Positions 8,998 through 18,294 of a stretch of 64,000 nt of DNA are shown here, piece by piece. Source of the DNA: an uncultured Candidatus Marinamargulisbacteria bacterium (GTDB taxonomy: Bacteria > Margulisbacteria > Riflemargulisbacteria > GWF2-35-9); the NCBI GenBank assembly GCA_903910705.1, contig CAIWAN010000052.1:5844-69843 (forward strand). The letters are read 5' to 3'. The translations under genes and the position numbers were made by a program. Below the pieces are notes generated by a model, which had not been told where the DNA came from, searched no databases, and saw only the letters and a program-made list of their open reading frames with translations. Position 1 is the stretch's first letter; every line of letters starts with the position of its first letter.

Positions 8998-9034
8998 ATT
9001 CCAAGTCTTTCGTATCTGCGGTATAGTAAAGCAC

Positions 9035-9526
9035 ATGGAACAGGCCATCCCTAACAAAAAAAATAAATCCTTGTACGTTACCATTGGTCTGGCTGCAGGC
9101 GTTACCATGGCGTTCATTATTACTGCGATCATTGCTTTTATGCTCATCAATAAGCCCATTCCCAGTATCAATGCCGCAGAGGAACCCTTTACGCAAATGG
9201 TTCCCATGCGCGAATTTGTCGTCAATTTACTGGATATGGGGGGGCGTCGATATTTAAAAATTCAAATCGACTACGAAATTGAGCTGACAAAAAAACCTAA
9301 AGGAGGCGGCGAGGGTAAGGGGCCCGAGATCCCACCCGAGATCAAAGAAAAAGAATCCATATTACGGAACTATATTATCAATATCCTGTCCAATAATTCT
9401 GCAGCGGATATTCGATCCATCGAAGGTAAAAATGAGCTTAGAAAAGCGATTTTAGTCAAAAGCAACTTCATCCTTAAAAAGACAAAAGTATTGAACGTGT
9501 ATTTCAACGACTTTATAATACAGTAA
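9035..9526 (+). CDS. fliL: Flagellar basal body protein FliL
   Basis: N-terminal TM helix; FVVNLLD.GGRRYLK; EGKNELR; VLNVYFNDFIIQ. Confidence 0.92.
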   Translation: MEQAIPNKKNKSLYVTIGLAAGVTMAFIITAIIAFMLINKPIPSINAAEEPFTQMVPMREFVVNLLDMGGRRYLKIQIDYEIELTKKPKGGGEGKGPEIPPEIKEKESILRNYIINILSNNSAADIRSIEGKNELRKAILVKSNFILKKTKVLNVYFNDFIIQ

Positions 9527-9546
9527 CATAATCAAAGGATGTCAAA

Positions 9547-9969
9547 ATGAGCGGAGATATCAGTATAGACCAAAATGAAATTGACTCCTTGCTCGGATTT
9601 GAGGCTTCACCCCCACGGTCTAAACCACCTCCCCCTCCTGAAAAAAAGAGTCCCACCCTACACGCAGAAAATATCAGTTACCAAACACTCATCAATGACA
9701 AGCCCTCTGGATCTTCCAGCGAGATCGATCTGGTCGGCGATATCCCTCTCGAACTTTCTGTCGAGCTCGGTCGGACAAAACGATCGATTGCCGACATCCT
9801 TGATTTTGGTATCGGTACCGTCGTCGAACTGACACGATTAGCCGGCGAACCCGTCGATCTGATGGCCAATGGCAAGCTCATTGCCAAGGGCGAAGTTGTG
9901 GTCATTGATGAGAACTTTGCCCTCCGCATCACGGACATCATCAGCCAAAAATCCAAAAAAGAGTCCTAG
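9547..9969 (+). CDS. fliN: Flagellar motor switch protein FliN
   Basis: DIPLELSVELGRT...ELTRLAGEPVDLMANGKLIAKGEVVVIDENFALRIT. Confidence 0.93.
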   Translation: MSGDISIDQNEIDSLLGFEASPPRSKPPPPPEKKSPTLHAENISYQTLINDKPSGSSSEIDLVGDIPLELSVELGRTKRSIADILDFGIGTVVELTRLAGEPVDLMANGKLIAKGEVVVIDENFALRITDIISQKSKKES

Positions 9970-9974
9970 GTCAA

Positions 9975-10475
9975 ATGGCCACGCCGGATCCTCTCTTCTT
10001 CATAACCGAACATTCAGTCAGCAATAATACCGCAGGAAACACGACTTCAACGATGACCATAAGCCCGGTTCACTTCATTTTAAATGTTATTTTTGTCCTC
10101 GTTCTTTTGTACCTTACGCTGCTTGTTATTCGACTTATCTACCGAAAAACAGGCCTCGCCCATTCTCACGTTCTCAAAGAGATCCCGTTGGGGCCTACAA
10201 GTAAACTTCAATACATCAACGTCGGAGACAAACTTTACCTATTGGCTCAAAACGGGACGCAAATGGTTCATCTTGATACCCTTAGTGACCCTAGCCTTAT
10301 CCTCAGATTACTTGACGAGGCCACCCCCCTGAAACAACCCTCCTTTGCATGGGGAACACTGTTGAACTTTTTTAAACGAAACCGATCGATCGACCTTGAA
10401 CCCGAACAGTTTGACACGACCCTTAAGAAAATCCTTCAAAACTCGAACAAACTTGAGGACATGAATAACCGATGA
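9975..10475 (+). CDS. fliO: Flagellar biosynthesis protein FliO/FliZ
   Basis: TM helix then VLKEIPLGPTSKLQYINVGDKLYLL; between fliN and fliP. Confidence 0.75.
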   Translation: MATPDPLFFITEHSVSNNTAGNTTSTMTISPVHFILNVIFVLVLLYLTLLVIRLIYRKTGLAHSHVLKEIPLGPTSKLQYINVGDKLYLLAQNGTQMVHLDTLSDPSLILRLLDEATPLKQPSFAWGTLLNFFKRNRSIDLEPEQFDTTLKKILQNSNKLEDMNNR

Positions 10476-11152
10476 ACTTCACCATCCCCAAACTCACCAT
10501 GGCCCTGAGCCAAACCAGTGATCCCGCCTCGCTCAATACAGCCCTGCAAATTATGATCGTCCTGACGGTATTGTCGTTGGCCCCATCTATCATTATTATG
10601 ATGACCTCCTTTACTCGCATCATCATTGTGCTAGGGTTTGTTCGAAACGCGCTTGGCACGCAACAAACTCCACCAACTCAAGTATTGGTCGGTATAGCCC
10701 TATTCTTGACCTTTTTTATCATGGCACCGATCTTTAATGAGATAAATGACGTGGCCATTAAACCCTACACGACAAAACAGATCACGCAAGCCCAAGCCTT
10801 TGATCGGGGCATGGAGCCCATGAGAACCTTTATGTTCAAACAAACGCGAAAAAGCGATCTCCTCCTTTTTGTAAAATACTCCCACTTAAAACCGAAAAGC
10901 AAAGCGGACATCCCCAATCATGTCCTTATCATTTCGTTTATTCTTTCTGAACTAAAAACAGCCTTCCAAATGGGGTTTGTGATCTTTATCCCCTTCCTTA
11001 TCATCGACATCACGATCTCCACTTTATTAATGGCGATGGGCATGATGATGTTACCCCCCGTCATGATCTCCCTTCCCTTTAAGATCCTCTTGTTTATTAT
11101 GGTTGATGGGTGGAACTTGATCGCCCAGTCCTTGCTATACAGCTTCCGTTAG
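10472..11152 (+). CDS. fliP: Flagellar export gate protein FliP
   Basis: MMTSFTRIIIVL; TQQTPPTQVL; SELKTAFQMGF; MGMMMLPP..ISLPFK.LLF.MVDGW. Confidence 0.97.
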   Translation: MNFTIPKLTMALSQTSDPASLNTALQIMIVLTVLSLAPSIIIMMTSFTRIIIVLGFVRNALGTQQTPPTQVLVGIALFLTFFIMAPIFNEINDVAIKPYTTKQITQAQAFDRGMEPMRTFMFKQTRKSDLLLFVKYSHLKPKSKADIPNHVLIISFILSELKTAFQMGFVIFIPFLIIDITISTLLMAMGMMMLPPVMISLPFKILLFIMVDGWNLIAQSLLYSFR

Positions 11153-11162
11153 GAGCCAATAA

Positions 11163-11432
11163 ATGGGCGAAGCCTACATTATGAATCTGGGTCGAGAATC
11201 CCTCATGATCGTGTTGATGCTCTCTGCCCCCTTCCTCATTTCTTCTTTAGTCATAGGGATCATTATTTCGATTCTTCAAGCCGTAACCCAAATTCAAGAC
11301 ATGACCATCTCGTTTGTACCTAAATTCATATTATTGGGGGTTGTCTTGCTGGCCACTGGGGGTTGGATGATGAGCATCATGCATGATTTCACCATCCGCA
11401 TCATTCAGAATACCTCGCTGTTTACACGATGA
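11163..11432 (+). CDS. fliQ: Flagellar export gate protein FliQ
   Basis: GIIISILQAVTQIQDMTISFVPK. Confidence 0.96.
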   Translation: MGEAYIMNLGRESLMIVLMLSAPFLISSLVIGIIISILQAVTQIQDMTISFVPKFILLGVVLLATGGWMMSIMHDFTIRIIQNTSLFTR

Positions 11433-12211
11433 CCTATCCGGTCATAAATCTCGCGTCCCTTTCTTTATTTCTGGTCTTCTTGGCTCGGGTATCGGGCATC
11501 TTCATCAGTGCCCCCTTGTTTGGTGCCCGCAACGTTCCAACCCGCGTTCGCATCGGCATGGCCATCGTGCTAGCCTATATCTTCTTTGAGTTGCTTCGCG
11601 GACAAGCCCCCGCCCTACCCAACACCATGAACTGGATGAATCTTGGGCTGTTAATTATTCTTGAGATCCTGGTAGGCCTCTTGATCGGATTTACGGCTAT
11701 GCTCATCTTTTTGGCCATTCAATTTGCTGGACATCTCATCGACATTGTCACCGGCATGCAGATGGCCAGCGTGTTCGATCCCGCCACCAGCGCGCAACAA
11801 TCCCTCTTTGGTCAATTCCAGTATATTTTAGCGCTCCTTCTTTTCCTTGCCTTTAATGGACATCACTTTATTATTCATGCGCTTTATCAAAGTTATTCGC
11901 TCATTCCCATCGGCTCATTGAGCTTTTCGGGGGGCGATCCTCTTATTTTCATGAAGATCGTCGGCACCAGTTTTTCGGTTGGCTTGCAACTGGCTGCACC
12001 GATCATGGCCATGCTTTTCTTAATTGATTTCAGCCTTGGCATTATCGCAAAAGGCGTCCCGCAAATGAATGTCTTTGTGACAGGGATGCCGATCAAATCA
12101 CTCGTAGGGATCATGGGGCTGTTTATTGTCATGTCCTACTATGGCAATTTCTTTAGCCACATTCCAAAGTTAGCCTATACGGACATCATCGCCGTATTGA
12201 AAGCGCTCTAA
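11429..12211 (+). CDS. fliR: Flagellar export gate protein FliR
   Basis: Polytopic membrane protein; EILVG..IGF, QFAGHLID, FDP, PQMNVFV.GMP.K. Confidence 0.95.
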   Translation: MTYPVINLASLSLFLVFLARVSGIFISAPLFGARNVPTRVRIGMAIVLAYIFFELLRGQAPALPNTMNWMNLGLLIILEILVGLLIGFTAMLIFLAIQFAGHLIDIVTGMQMASVFDPATSAQQSLFGQFQYILALLLFLAFNGHHFIIHALYQSYSLIPIGSLSFSGGDPLIFMKIVGTSFSVGLQLAAPIMAMLFLIDFSLGIIAKGVPQMNVFVTGMPIKSLVGIMGLFIVMSYYGNFFSHIPKLAYTDIIAVLKAL

Positions 12212-13279
12212 ATGGCCGATCCCTCTCGTTCGGAAAAAGCGACCACTCGGCGACGACAAGACTATCGCAAAAAGGGCAGTGTCGCAAAAAGTGTCGAGAT
12301 CAATACGGCCGCGATCCTCTTGGCTGCCTTCATATATTTAAAGTTTGCTGGTGGGTTCATTTATGGACATTTACTTCAAATATTCCGATTCTATTTCGAA
12401 AATTTGAACACCATCGATGTCCAACAAGAGAGCCTACTAAATGTTGCCTTTAATGCTACCTTCCATATTGTCATTCTGACAGTGCCCTTTCTGCTATTTA
12501 TGATGCTGGTCGTCATGGTGGCCTCTTGGCTTCAAATAGGATTTATGTTTACCCTTGAGCCCATAAAACCCAGTTTCAGCAAGATCAACATTCTCAAAGG
12601 ATTTCAGAATTTATTCAGTAAACGCTCCCTCGAAACCCTCATCAAATCCTTGGCTAAGGTCATCATTATCGGCTATATCGTCTACTCGACCATTCGAAAA
12701 GACATTCCGATCATGCTCGACTTTTTCAATATCCCCATTGAAAATGCTTTTCTCATTCTTTGTAAACTCGCCATGGACGTTTTGTTAAAGATCATCCTTG
12801 CGTTTGTTGTTCTGGCAGGGATCGACTATCTCTTTCAACGATGGCAACTTGAGGAACAAATGAAAATGACAAAACAAGAGATCAAAGAAGAATATAAACG
12901 GACCGAAGGTGATCCGACGATCAAAGCCGAGATCCGCCGTCGTCAACACGAAATGGCTCGTCATCGCATGATGCAAGACGTTCCCAAAGCCGACGTGGTC
13001 GTTACGAATCCCATTCATGTAGCTGTTGCGATCAAATACAATGCTGCCGAGATGCGGGCTCCTATCGTTGTCGCCAAAGGCATGAATCTCGTTGCCGAGA
13101 AGATCAAGCAACTCGCTTCTGAGAACGACATTCCGATGGTAGAAAATCCACCCTTGGCGAGAGCCCTTTATAAATCCGCAAAGGTTGGCAAAGAGATCCC
13201 CGCCGATATGTACTCGGTTGTAGCCGAGGTATTGACCTATTTATATCGACTTAAGGGGAAAACGTTTGGGGTTATTTAA
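12212..13279 (+). CDS. flhB: Flagellar export switch protein FlhB
   Basis: KMTKQEIKEEYKRTEGDP.IK; ADVVVTNPIHVAVAIKY (autocleavage loop); ENPPLARALY. Confidence 0.97.
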   Translation: MADPSRSEKATTRRRQDYRKKGSVAKSVEINTAAILLAAFIYLKFAGGFIYGHLLQIFRFYFENLNTIDVQQESLLNVAFNATFHIVILTVPFLLFMMLVVMVASWLQIGFMFTLEPIKPSFSKINILKGFQNLFSKRSLETLIKSLAKVIIIGYIVYSTIRKDIPIMLDFFNIPIENAFLILCKLAMDVLLKIILAFVVLAGIDYLFQRWQLEEQMKMTKQEIKEEYKRTEGDPTIKAEIRRRQHEMARHRMMQDVPKADVVVTNPIHVAVAIKYNAAEMRAPIVVAKGMNLVAEKIKQLASENDIPMVENPPLARALYKSAKVGKEIPADMYSVVAEVLTYLYRLKGKTFGVI

Positions 13280-15110
13280 GGTTCGACAGATGGACTTGAT
13301 TTCCTTTGATTCGAGCAAGCATGACGTCGACACCCCCAACCGATAATGCTTCTGTCATTTCAAGGGGACTCGGCATCGGGATCGACTGGTTCCCAATTTG
13401 CAGCTGTGTTCCCGATAACGACGAAGATAGCATCATCAGCGCGGTTGAATCAATCTTCCCCATACCTGACAGAAGATCTTTGATTCGTTCAAGCAAGGCA
13501 GCATCGGGCGCAACACCCGCCTGCTGAAGGAGTTGCAACATTTCCTCCGGATCCGTCATTGACATCAACTGCTCAATTAACGCTTCTGGCGAGATTTTTT
13601 CGCCCGTATCATCCAATAGCGCTTGCAACCCATTGTCTGACATCATTTTCTTGAAAAGTTCCATGAAATTTTGAGGCTGGGAGGGGGCACTTACGATCAC
13701 GACCGTTCCGATCATCTCAACCACGGCCCCTTTAGCCTTGCTCATATCGAATTTCACTCCATCGATATCCAGCACCATAAAATTCGTGTCCATGATCGCC
13801 AGATTGCCTCGATAATCAAAGGCCAGATTACCATTTTGATCAACAGCGATCCCCACCGTCACGGTCAAAACGATGAGTTTTCCGCCCACCCGAATGAAGA
13901 TCTGCTTATTGTACGGTCGCATGGTGATTTCTTTTTTCTTTACGGTAAGTTTAAGGTGATCGCCCTCCATCGTGATATTGGCTTTTTTAGGAAGCGACAC
14001 CCGACTCTCACCATAACGAAGCAGACGTTTACGGCCATTGAGGGACAGTCCTTCGCCAAATTTTAGCGATCCTCGAACAACCTCAACCGTAGCGCCCTTT
14101 TCAAACTGGACACCGATCCCATCAGACTGAACATGGGCCTGAGCCAATTGAACCCTAACCAGCTGATGATCAAGTTCAAAGGCAACATGTCCCTGATTAT
14201 CGACCACCGCATTCGTTCGAGGGGACATCAGCAGATGGCTCCCTCCCAAGGAAAGTTGCACTTTATCTGCAATAGTCATAAATTGAAGTCGTTGCGTTGC
14301 CTTCTGCTCATTAACCAGAACCTCGACGCTATCCTCCATGATGATCAGACGAGATTGCCAAGGCACTTTGATGGCATTCTTTCCCAGCTTCATCACGCCT
14401 CGTTGGAAATCAAAACTCATGATGTCACCGAATTGAAGGCCTTTTCCTGCCATCAACACAGGAAGATCGATCGGGTTATACGAAACACGATAGGGCCCAC
14501 ACTTAACCGAGCGATCGCGAAGATTCATCACCGCGACATCACCCGCTAGATCAAAAGCTAGGATCGCATGTTCATCAAGGTATCCATTGGTTGCGTCCAT
14601 CCATTGGATCGTTGTCGGCCCCAGTTTGATCTGTGCTGCCCCCGAAGCGAATGAGACAATAACCGGTTCATCGCACCCATCAAGAACGATCCCCACTTCA
14701 GAATCGCTCATCCCCAGTTCACAGTTTGAGGGAATTTGAAGTTGATTCTGTAGGATCGATAAAATACGTAGGGTTGAGTCGTATCGGACACCGTTAGGAA
14801 ACAACAACCCTTCATCGTCTTGAACGACCGCCCCGCCCATCATGAGATGGGCCACGATATTCTTATCTTTAAATATTAAATTGTCTTGCTCTTGTCGTAG
14901 GTGATGTCGCGACACGACATACGTACTAACGGTCACGTCGCTTTCATCCGTTTCTTCGCTCACAACAAGGTCTTCCTTGTCCACCGCTTCAAAGAGAGTT
15001 GACATGGTCACGAGGTTTTCTAACGACTCAAAAAGACCGACCTCGTCAATCGTATCAACAACGATCGACTGCGTAGACGGAGCGACAAGTGTTTGTTGTT
15101 GATCTTGCAT
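13272..15110 (-). CDS. Hypothetical protein with three ~120-aa beta-rich internal repeats and a helical C-terminus
   Basis: 612-aa ORF coupled (TAATG) to the upstream 780-aa ORF; repeats visible by eye; no family recognised. Confidence 0.85.
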   Translation of the reverse strand: MQDQQQTLVAPSTQSIVVDTIDEVGLFESLENLVTMSTLFEAVDKEDLVVSEETDESDVTVSTYVVSRHHLRQEQDNLIFKDKNIVAHLMMGGAVVQDDEGLLFPNGVRYDSTLRILSILQNQLQIPSNCELGMSDSEVGIVLDGCDEPVIVSFASGAAQIKLGPTTIQWMDATNGYLDEHAILAFDLAGDVAVMNLRDRSVKCGPYRVSYNPIDLPVLMAGKGLQFGDIMSFDFQRGVMKLGKNAIKVPWQSRLIIMEDSVEVLVNEQKATQRLQFMTIADKVQLSLGGSHLLMSPRTNAVVDNQGHVAFELDHQLVRVQLAQAHVQSDGIGVQFEKGATVEVVRGSLKFGEGLSLNGRKRLLRYGESRVSLPKKANITMEGDHLKLTVKKKEITMRPYNKQIFIRVGGKLIVLTVTVGIAVDQNGNLAFDYRGNLAIMDTNFMVLDIDGVKFDMSKAKGAVVEMIGTVVIVSAPSQPQNFMELFKKMMSDNGLQALLDDTGEKISPEALIEQLMSMTDPEEMLQLLQQAGVAPDAALLERIKDLLSGMGKIDSTALMMLSSSLSGTQLQIGNQSIPMPSPLEMTEALSVGGVDVMLARIKGNQVHLSNLK

Positions 15111-17452
15111 TAGGCTGTCTCCACGATGGTCATAACGCTATATCGATCGGCACTTGGCAACTCATCCATCATGCTAGACTCTTCTTTTAGCCGACTCATG
15201 AGTTTCATCATTTCTCGATGGCGAACCACAAGCTGAGGAAGATCCATTTCGGACAAACGAACCCCGATCATGTCGACTTCTTTTCGCGTGATCTCGAACA
15301 TACGATGATTCGACTCATCTCGAAGTTTGTTAAACTCAGTCTTATCGATCTTAATCCCCGCTTTATCCGCGTTCTTGAGTATTCCTTTTATTTTATGCTC
15401 AATAAGCGTATAGGCCGGTCCTTGTAGCTCATAGAGGGTTGAGCGCTCCTCAAGAGCCTCCCGCAACATGTCCAAAATATTATCTTTAGCGACCAGTTCC
15501 GCTTCTTTTTGGATTTTGTCATTGAGCACATCGGTATAAACGCCCAATTTCATGAGCCCATTCTTCAACTTCCGAATTTTAAATTCAGTGTCCAACGTCG
15601 TCCGAAGCCCCGGTGAAACGGCTCGCTGAAGATAAAGAGCCCGAAGTCGATTGATAAAAATATCCTTCTCGTCGTTTTCTTGATATTCATAGCCATGTTT
15701 CTCGCGTTTATGTTGCTGTTGTCCACTGTCACCCGTGTTGACATTAACACTCATGCCCGCTATTTTTGAGGGATCGATCGTGATCTTTTCTTTTGCTAAG
15801 CCCAAATTCTTCATCATGGCTTCCATCGCTGTCTGAGCCCACTCTTCGGTGATCTTGGGGTTATTGGTTATTTTATTCAGATCGGATACTTTTTGCTCAA
15901 AATCACGGATCTTGCCGGCTTTGTCTTTTGAGGCATCCAACGAGGCTGACATGACGAACTGGCCCAATTCATCAACGGCGAAATCAGCCAAGTCTTTGCT
16001 GGCAAAGTACATCGCCTTATTGATCATGCCTTGGAACCCGTCATCAAAGTTACCAAAATCTTGACCACCTAATAACATATTGTTAACAAAATAATCGGTA
16101 AACTTATTCAGTCGCGCATCCCCCGCTGCCGAATCATATTGATCAAGAAGGCTGAGTTGTTTATTTAAAATGGCATCTTTAATGTCGCTTCGGATCTCAT
16201 CTTTAACCGATTTTTTAACGGCAAGCTGAATATCCTTTAGCTGTCGGGATGTTAAGCCATATTCTTTGAGCAACGACTCTTCTTGCTTGCCCACTGCGAA
16301 CAAATCCTTCTTATTACTGATCAGACTGGTTCGCAGACTTTGCGTGTACTTTTCGATAGCAACATCTCGAGTATCCGTTTCGTCTGTTGGCTTTGGTCTT
16401 TGTTTTGATATTTGAACCGGCTCGTCGCGGTCACGACTTTGATCTCTACCACCCGAACCATCCGATTGATCCCCTGAACTGGCAACCTGAATACGTCCAC
16501 CCTGTGCCGCTTCGATATCATCATCTTTTTGTTGATCGGCATCAACCTTGTCTTTCGCTTCGACATCTTTATCTTCATCTGTCTCCGTTTTTTCCGTGGA
16601 TTCTACGTCAGCCCCCTCGATCGAAGCAACCTGACTTTTGGGATCTTTCGATGCCTGTTTCAGCCCCTCGAGCCGATCTTGATCCGATTGCTCACTCTGA
16701 GCCTTTGCATCCGATCGATCATCTGAATCGGCGCCTTCATCAGAAAGCCCTATAATGCGCTGATCCCGCGAGAGCCCCGTAGAGGATTTATCCTGAACAA
16801 GCCCACTCTCTTGACCTTCATCTGAAGTGACTTTTTCGTCAAGGGGGTTCATCTTCTCCCCTGCGTCAGACGAAGCATCGGGTAAAAGCGTCTTCTCCAG
16901 AATACTATCACTTGATAGCTCTAGTTTTTGAATTTGATTACGGATGGAATTATGATCCGTTGACAAATGATCCTCGAGTCCACGTTGGCTCTGGGCTTGA
17001 TCGACTTCATCAGCAGGAGAAGCCGCTTCCGAAATTTTCGCTCGGTCTGCTTTTGCTGTACTTACCGCCTGTGTTAGCTGCCCCATTCGAGCACTGGCAC
17101 TGATCGTTACCTCGTCGGTTGACAAGGGAGATGCGCCAAAAAGCAGTTTCAGGTCACTCGTGAGCCCCGAATCTTTGCGGCCTTTATCTGATGAGGTCAG
17201 GATGTCGGACCCTGTACTCGCAACCTTTTGGATAAAGTCTTTTAAGAGATCTTTCTTCGCCTCGGTTTCTTTCCCCTGAATAATCTGCTGGATGGGCGAA
17301 CGAACCTCAACCTTATCTTTTAATTGAGTTTGTTGTTGGGTTTGACGAATGTCGGCATTGATCTCGTCAGTAGATTGGAGGACAACCTTCTGGATGTCAT
17401 CGGTATTGACATTGACGCGTCGTTGCACATTCGCTTGATGACTTAATTCCAT
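15110..17452 (-). CDS. Hypothetical protein (acidic low-complexity N-half, helical C-half)
   Basis: 780-aa ORF with AGGAG RBS; no family recognised. Confidence 0.85.
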   Translation of the reverse strand: MELSHQANVQRRVNVNTDDIQKVVLQSTDEINADIRQTQQQTQLKDKVEVRSPIQQIIQGKETEAKKDLLKDFIQKVASTGSDILTSSDKGRKDSGLTSDLKLLFGASPLSTDEVTISASARMGQLTQAVSTAKADRAKISEAASPADEVDQAQSQRGLEDHLSTDHNSIRNQIQKLELSSDSILEKTLLPDASSDAGEKMNPLDEKVTSDEGQESGLVQDKSSTGLSRDQRIIGLSDEGADSDDRSDAKAQSEQSDQDRLEGLKQASKDPKSQVASIEGADVESTEKTETDEDKDVEAKDKVDADQQKDDDIEAAQGGRIQVASSGDQSDGSGGRDQSRDRDEPVQISKQRPKPTDETDTRDVAIEKYTQSLRTSLISNKKDLFAVGKQEESLLKEYGLTSRQLKDIQLAVKKSVKDEIRSDIKDAILNKQLSLLDQYDSAAGDARLNKFTDYFVNNMLLGGQDFGNFDDGFQGMINKAMYFASKDLADFAVDELGQFVMSASLDASKDKAGKIRDFEQKVSDLNKITNNPKITEEWAQTAMEAMMKNLGLAKEKITIDPSKIAGMSVNVNTGDSGQQQHKREKHGYEYQENDEKDIFINRLRALYLQRAVSPGLRTTLDTEFKIRKLKNGLMKLGVYTDVLNDKIQKEAELVAKDNILDMLREALEERSTLYELQGPAYTLIEHKIKGILKNADKAGIKIDKTEFNKLRDESNHRMFEITRKEVDMIGVRLSEMDLPQLVVRHREMMKLMSRLKEESSMMDELPSADRYSVMTIVETA

Positions 17453-17460
17453 AACATCTC

Positions 17461-17679
17461 CTATGAGATTTCTAGAATTCGTTGGGTTAAGCGGGTAATT
17501 CGATCTTTAGCCGTGGACTGTTCTTCTTGACGATAGAGCTTGGCAAGGCGAGCTTCGTGAACCTCAATACGCTTCAGCATATTGTTGGCCAACGAGCCGA
17601 TCTTTACAATTTTGAGTTCAAGCTCGTGACGGGGTGATAGCCCCAACTCGGTTTGCTCGCCAACCATGACTTGTTCCAT
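17461..17679 (-). CDS. Small hypothetical helical protein
   Basis: 72 aa, GGAGG RBS, stop 8 nt before the 780-aa gene. Confidence 0.7.
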   Translation of the reverse strand: MEQVMVGEQTELGLSPRHELELKIVKIGSLANNMLKRIEVHEARLAKLYRQEEQSTAKDRITRLTQRILEIS

Positions 17680-17781
17680 TATTCCCCTCCAAGGTAAAGA
17701 CTTTGCCCCTATCTATATATAGACAAATTCTAGCTTTTTTATGTATGGATTCTTTGTGGTGGGTGGTATACTGGTCAACTC

Positions 17782-18234
17782 ATGAAAACCGTGACTCTTT
17801 ATGGCGATGGGGCGTGTAGTGGGAATCCTGGGCCAGGGGGTTGGGGCGTGGTGATGCTCTTTGAAGGGCATCAAAAAGAACTCTCCGGTGCGGTCGAACT
17901 CACCACGAACAATCAAATGGAGCTTTTGGCGGCGATCAAAGGCCTTGAATCCCTCAAAGAACCTTGCGACGTCACGCTTTTTACCGACAGCAAATATGTC
18001 GTTCAGGGCATGAATGAATGGGTTAAAGACTGGATCGCCCGAGGCTGGCGGACCGCGGCCAAGAAACCTGTCAAAAACATTGAGCTGTGGCAACGCCTCG
18101 TGGCGCTTTCAAAAGCACACACGGTCACCTTTAAATGGGTCAAAGGTCATGATAGCAACCCTTACAACAATCGCTGCGACGAACTTGCCACCACCGCCAT
18201 TACCCTGTTTCGACTGGGCGGGGATGAGTGTTAG
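17782..18234 (+). CDS. rnhA: Ribonuclease HI
   Basis: YGDGACSGNPGPGGWG, TTNNQMEL, TDSKYV, WVKGH, NNRCDELA. Confidence 0.97.
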   Translation: MKTVTLYGDGACSGNPGPGGWGVVMLFEGHQKELSGAVELTTNNQMELLAAIKGLESLKEPCDVTLFTDSKYVVQGMNEWVKDWIARGWRTAAKKPVKNIELWQRLVALSKAHTVTFKWVKGHDSNPYNNRCDELATTAITLFRLGGDEC

Positions 18235-18294
18235 GGCTGAACCTGCCACATTATACGCTTGCATATTCCGTCAGATTTGACATAATATACAAGC

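Noticed and set aside
13003-13020. FlhB cleavage motif NPIH instead of NPTH
   Set aside because: The catalytic Asn-Pro is intact; third-position variation is unremarkable.
17705-17745. Possible sigma28 promoter or TCTATATATAGA palindrome upstream of the unknown operon
   Set aside because: TAAA...GTCTATAT has a poor match and wrong spacing; a 12-bp AT-rich palindrome can arise by chance.
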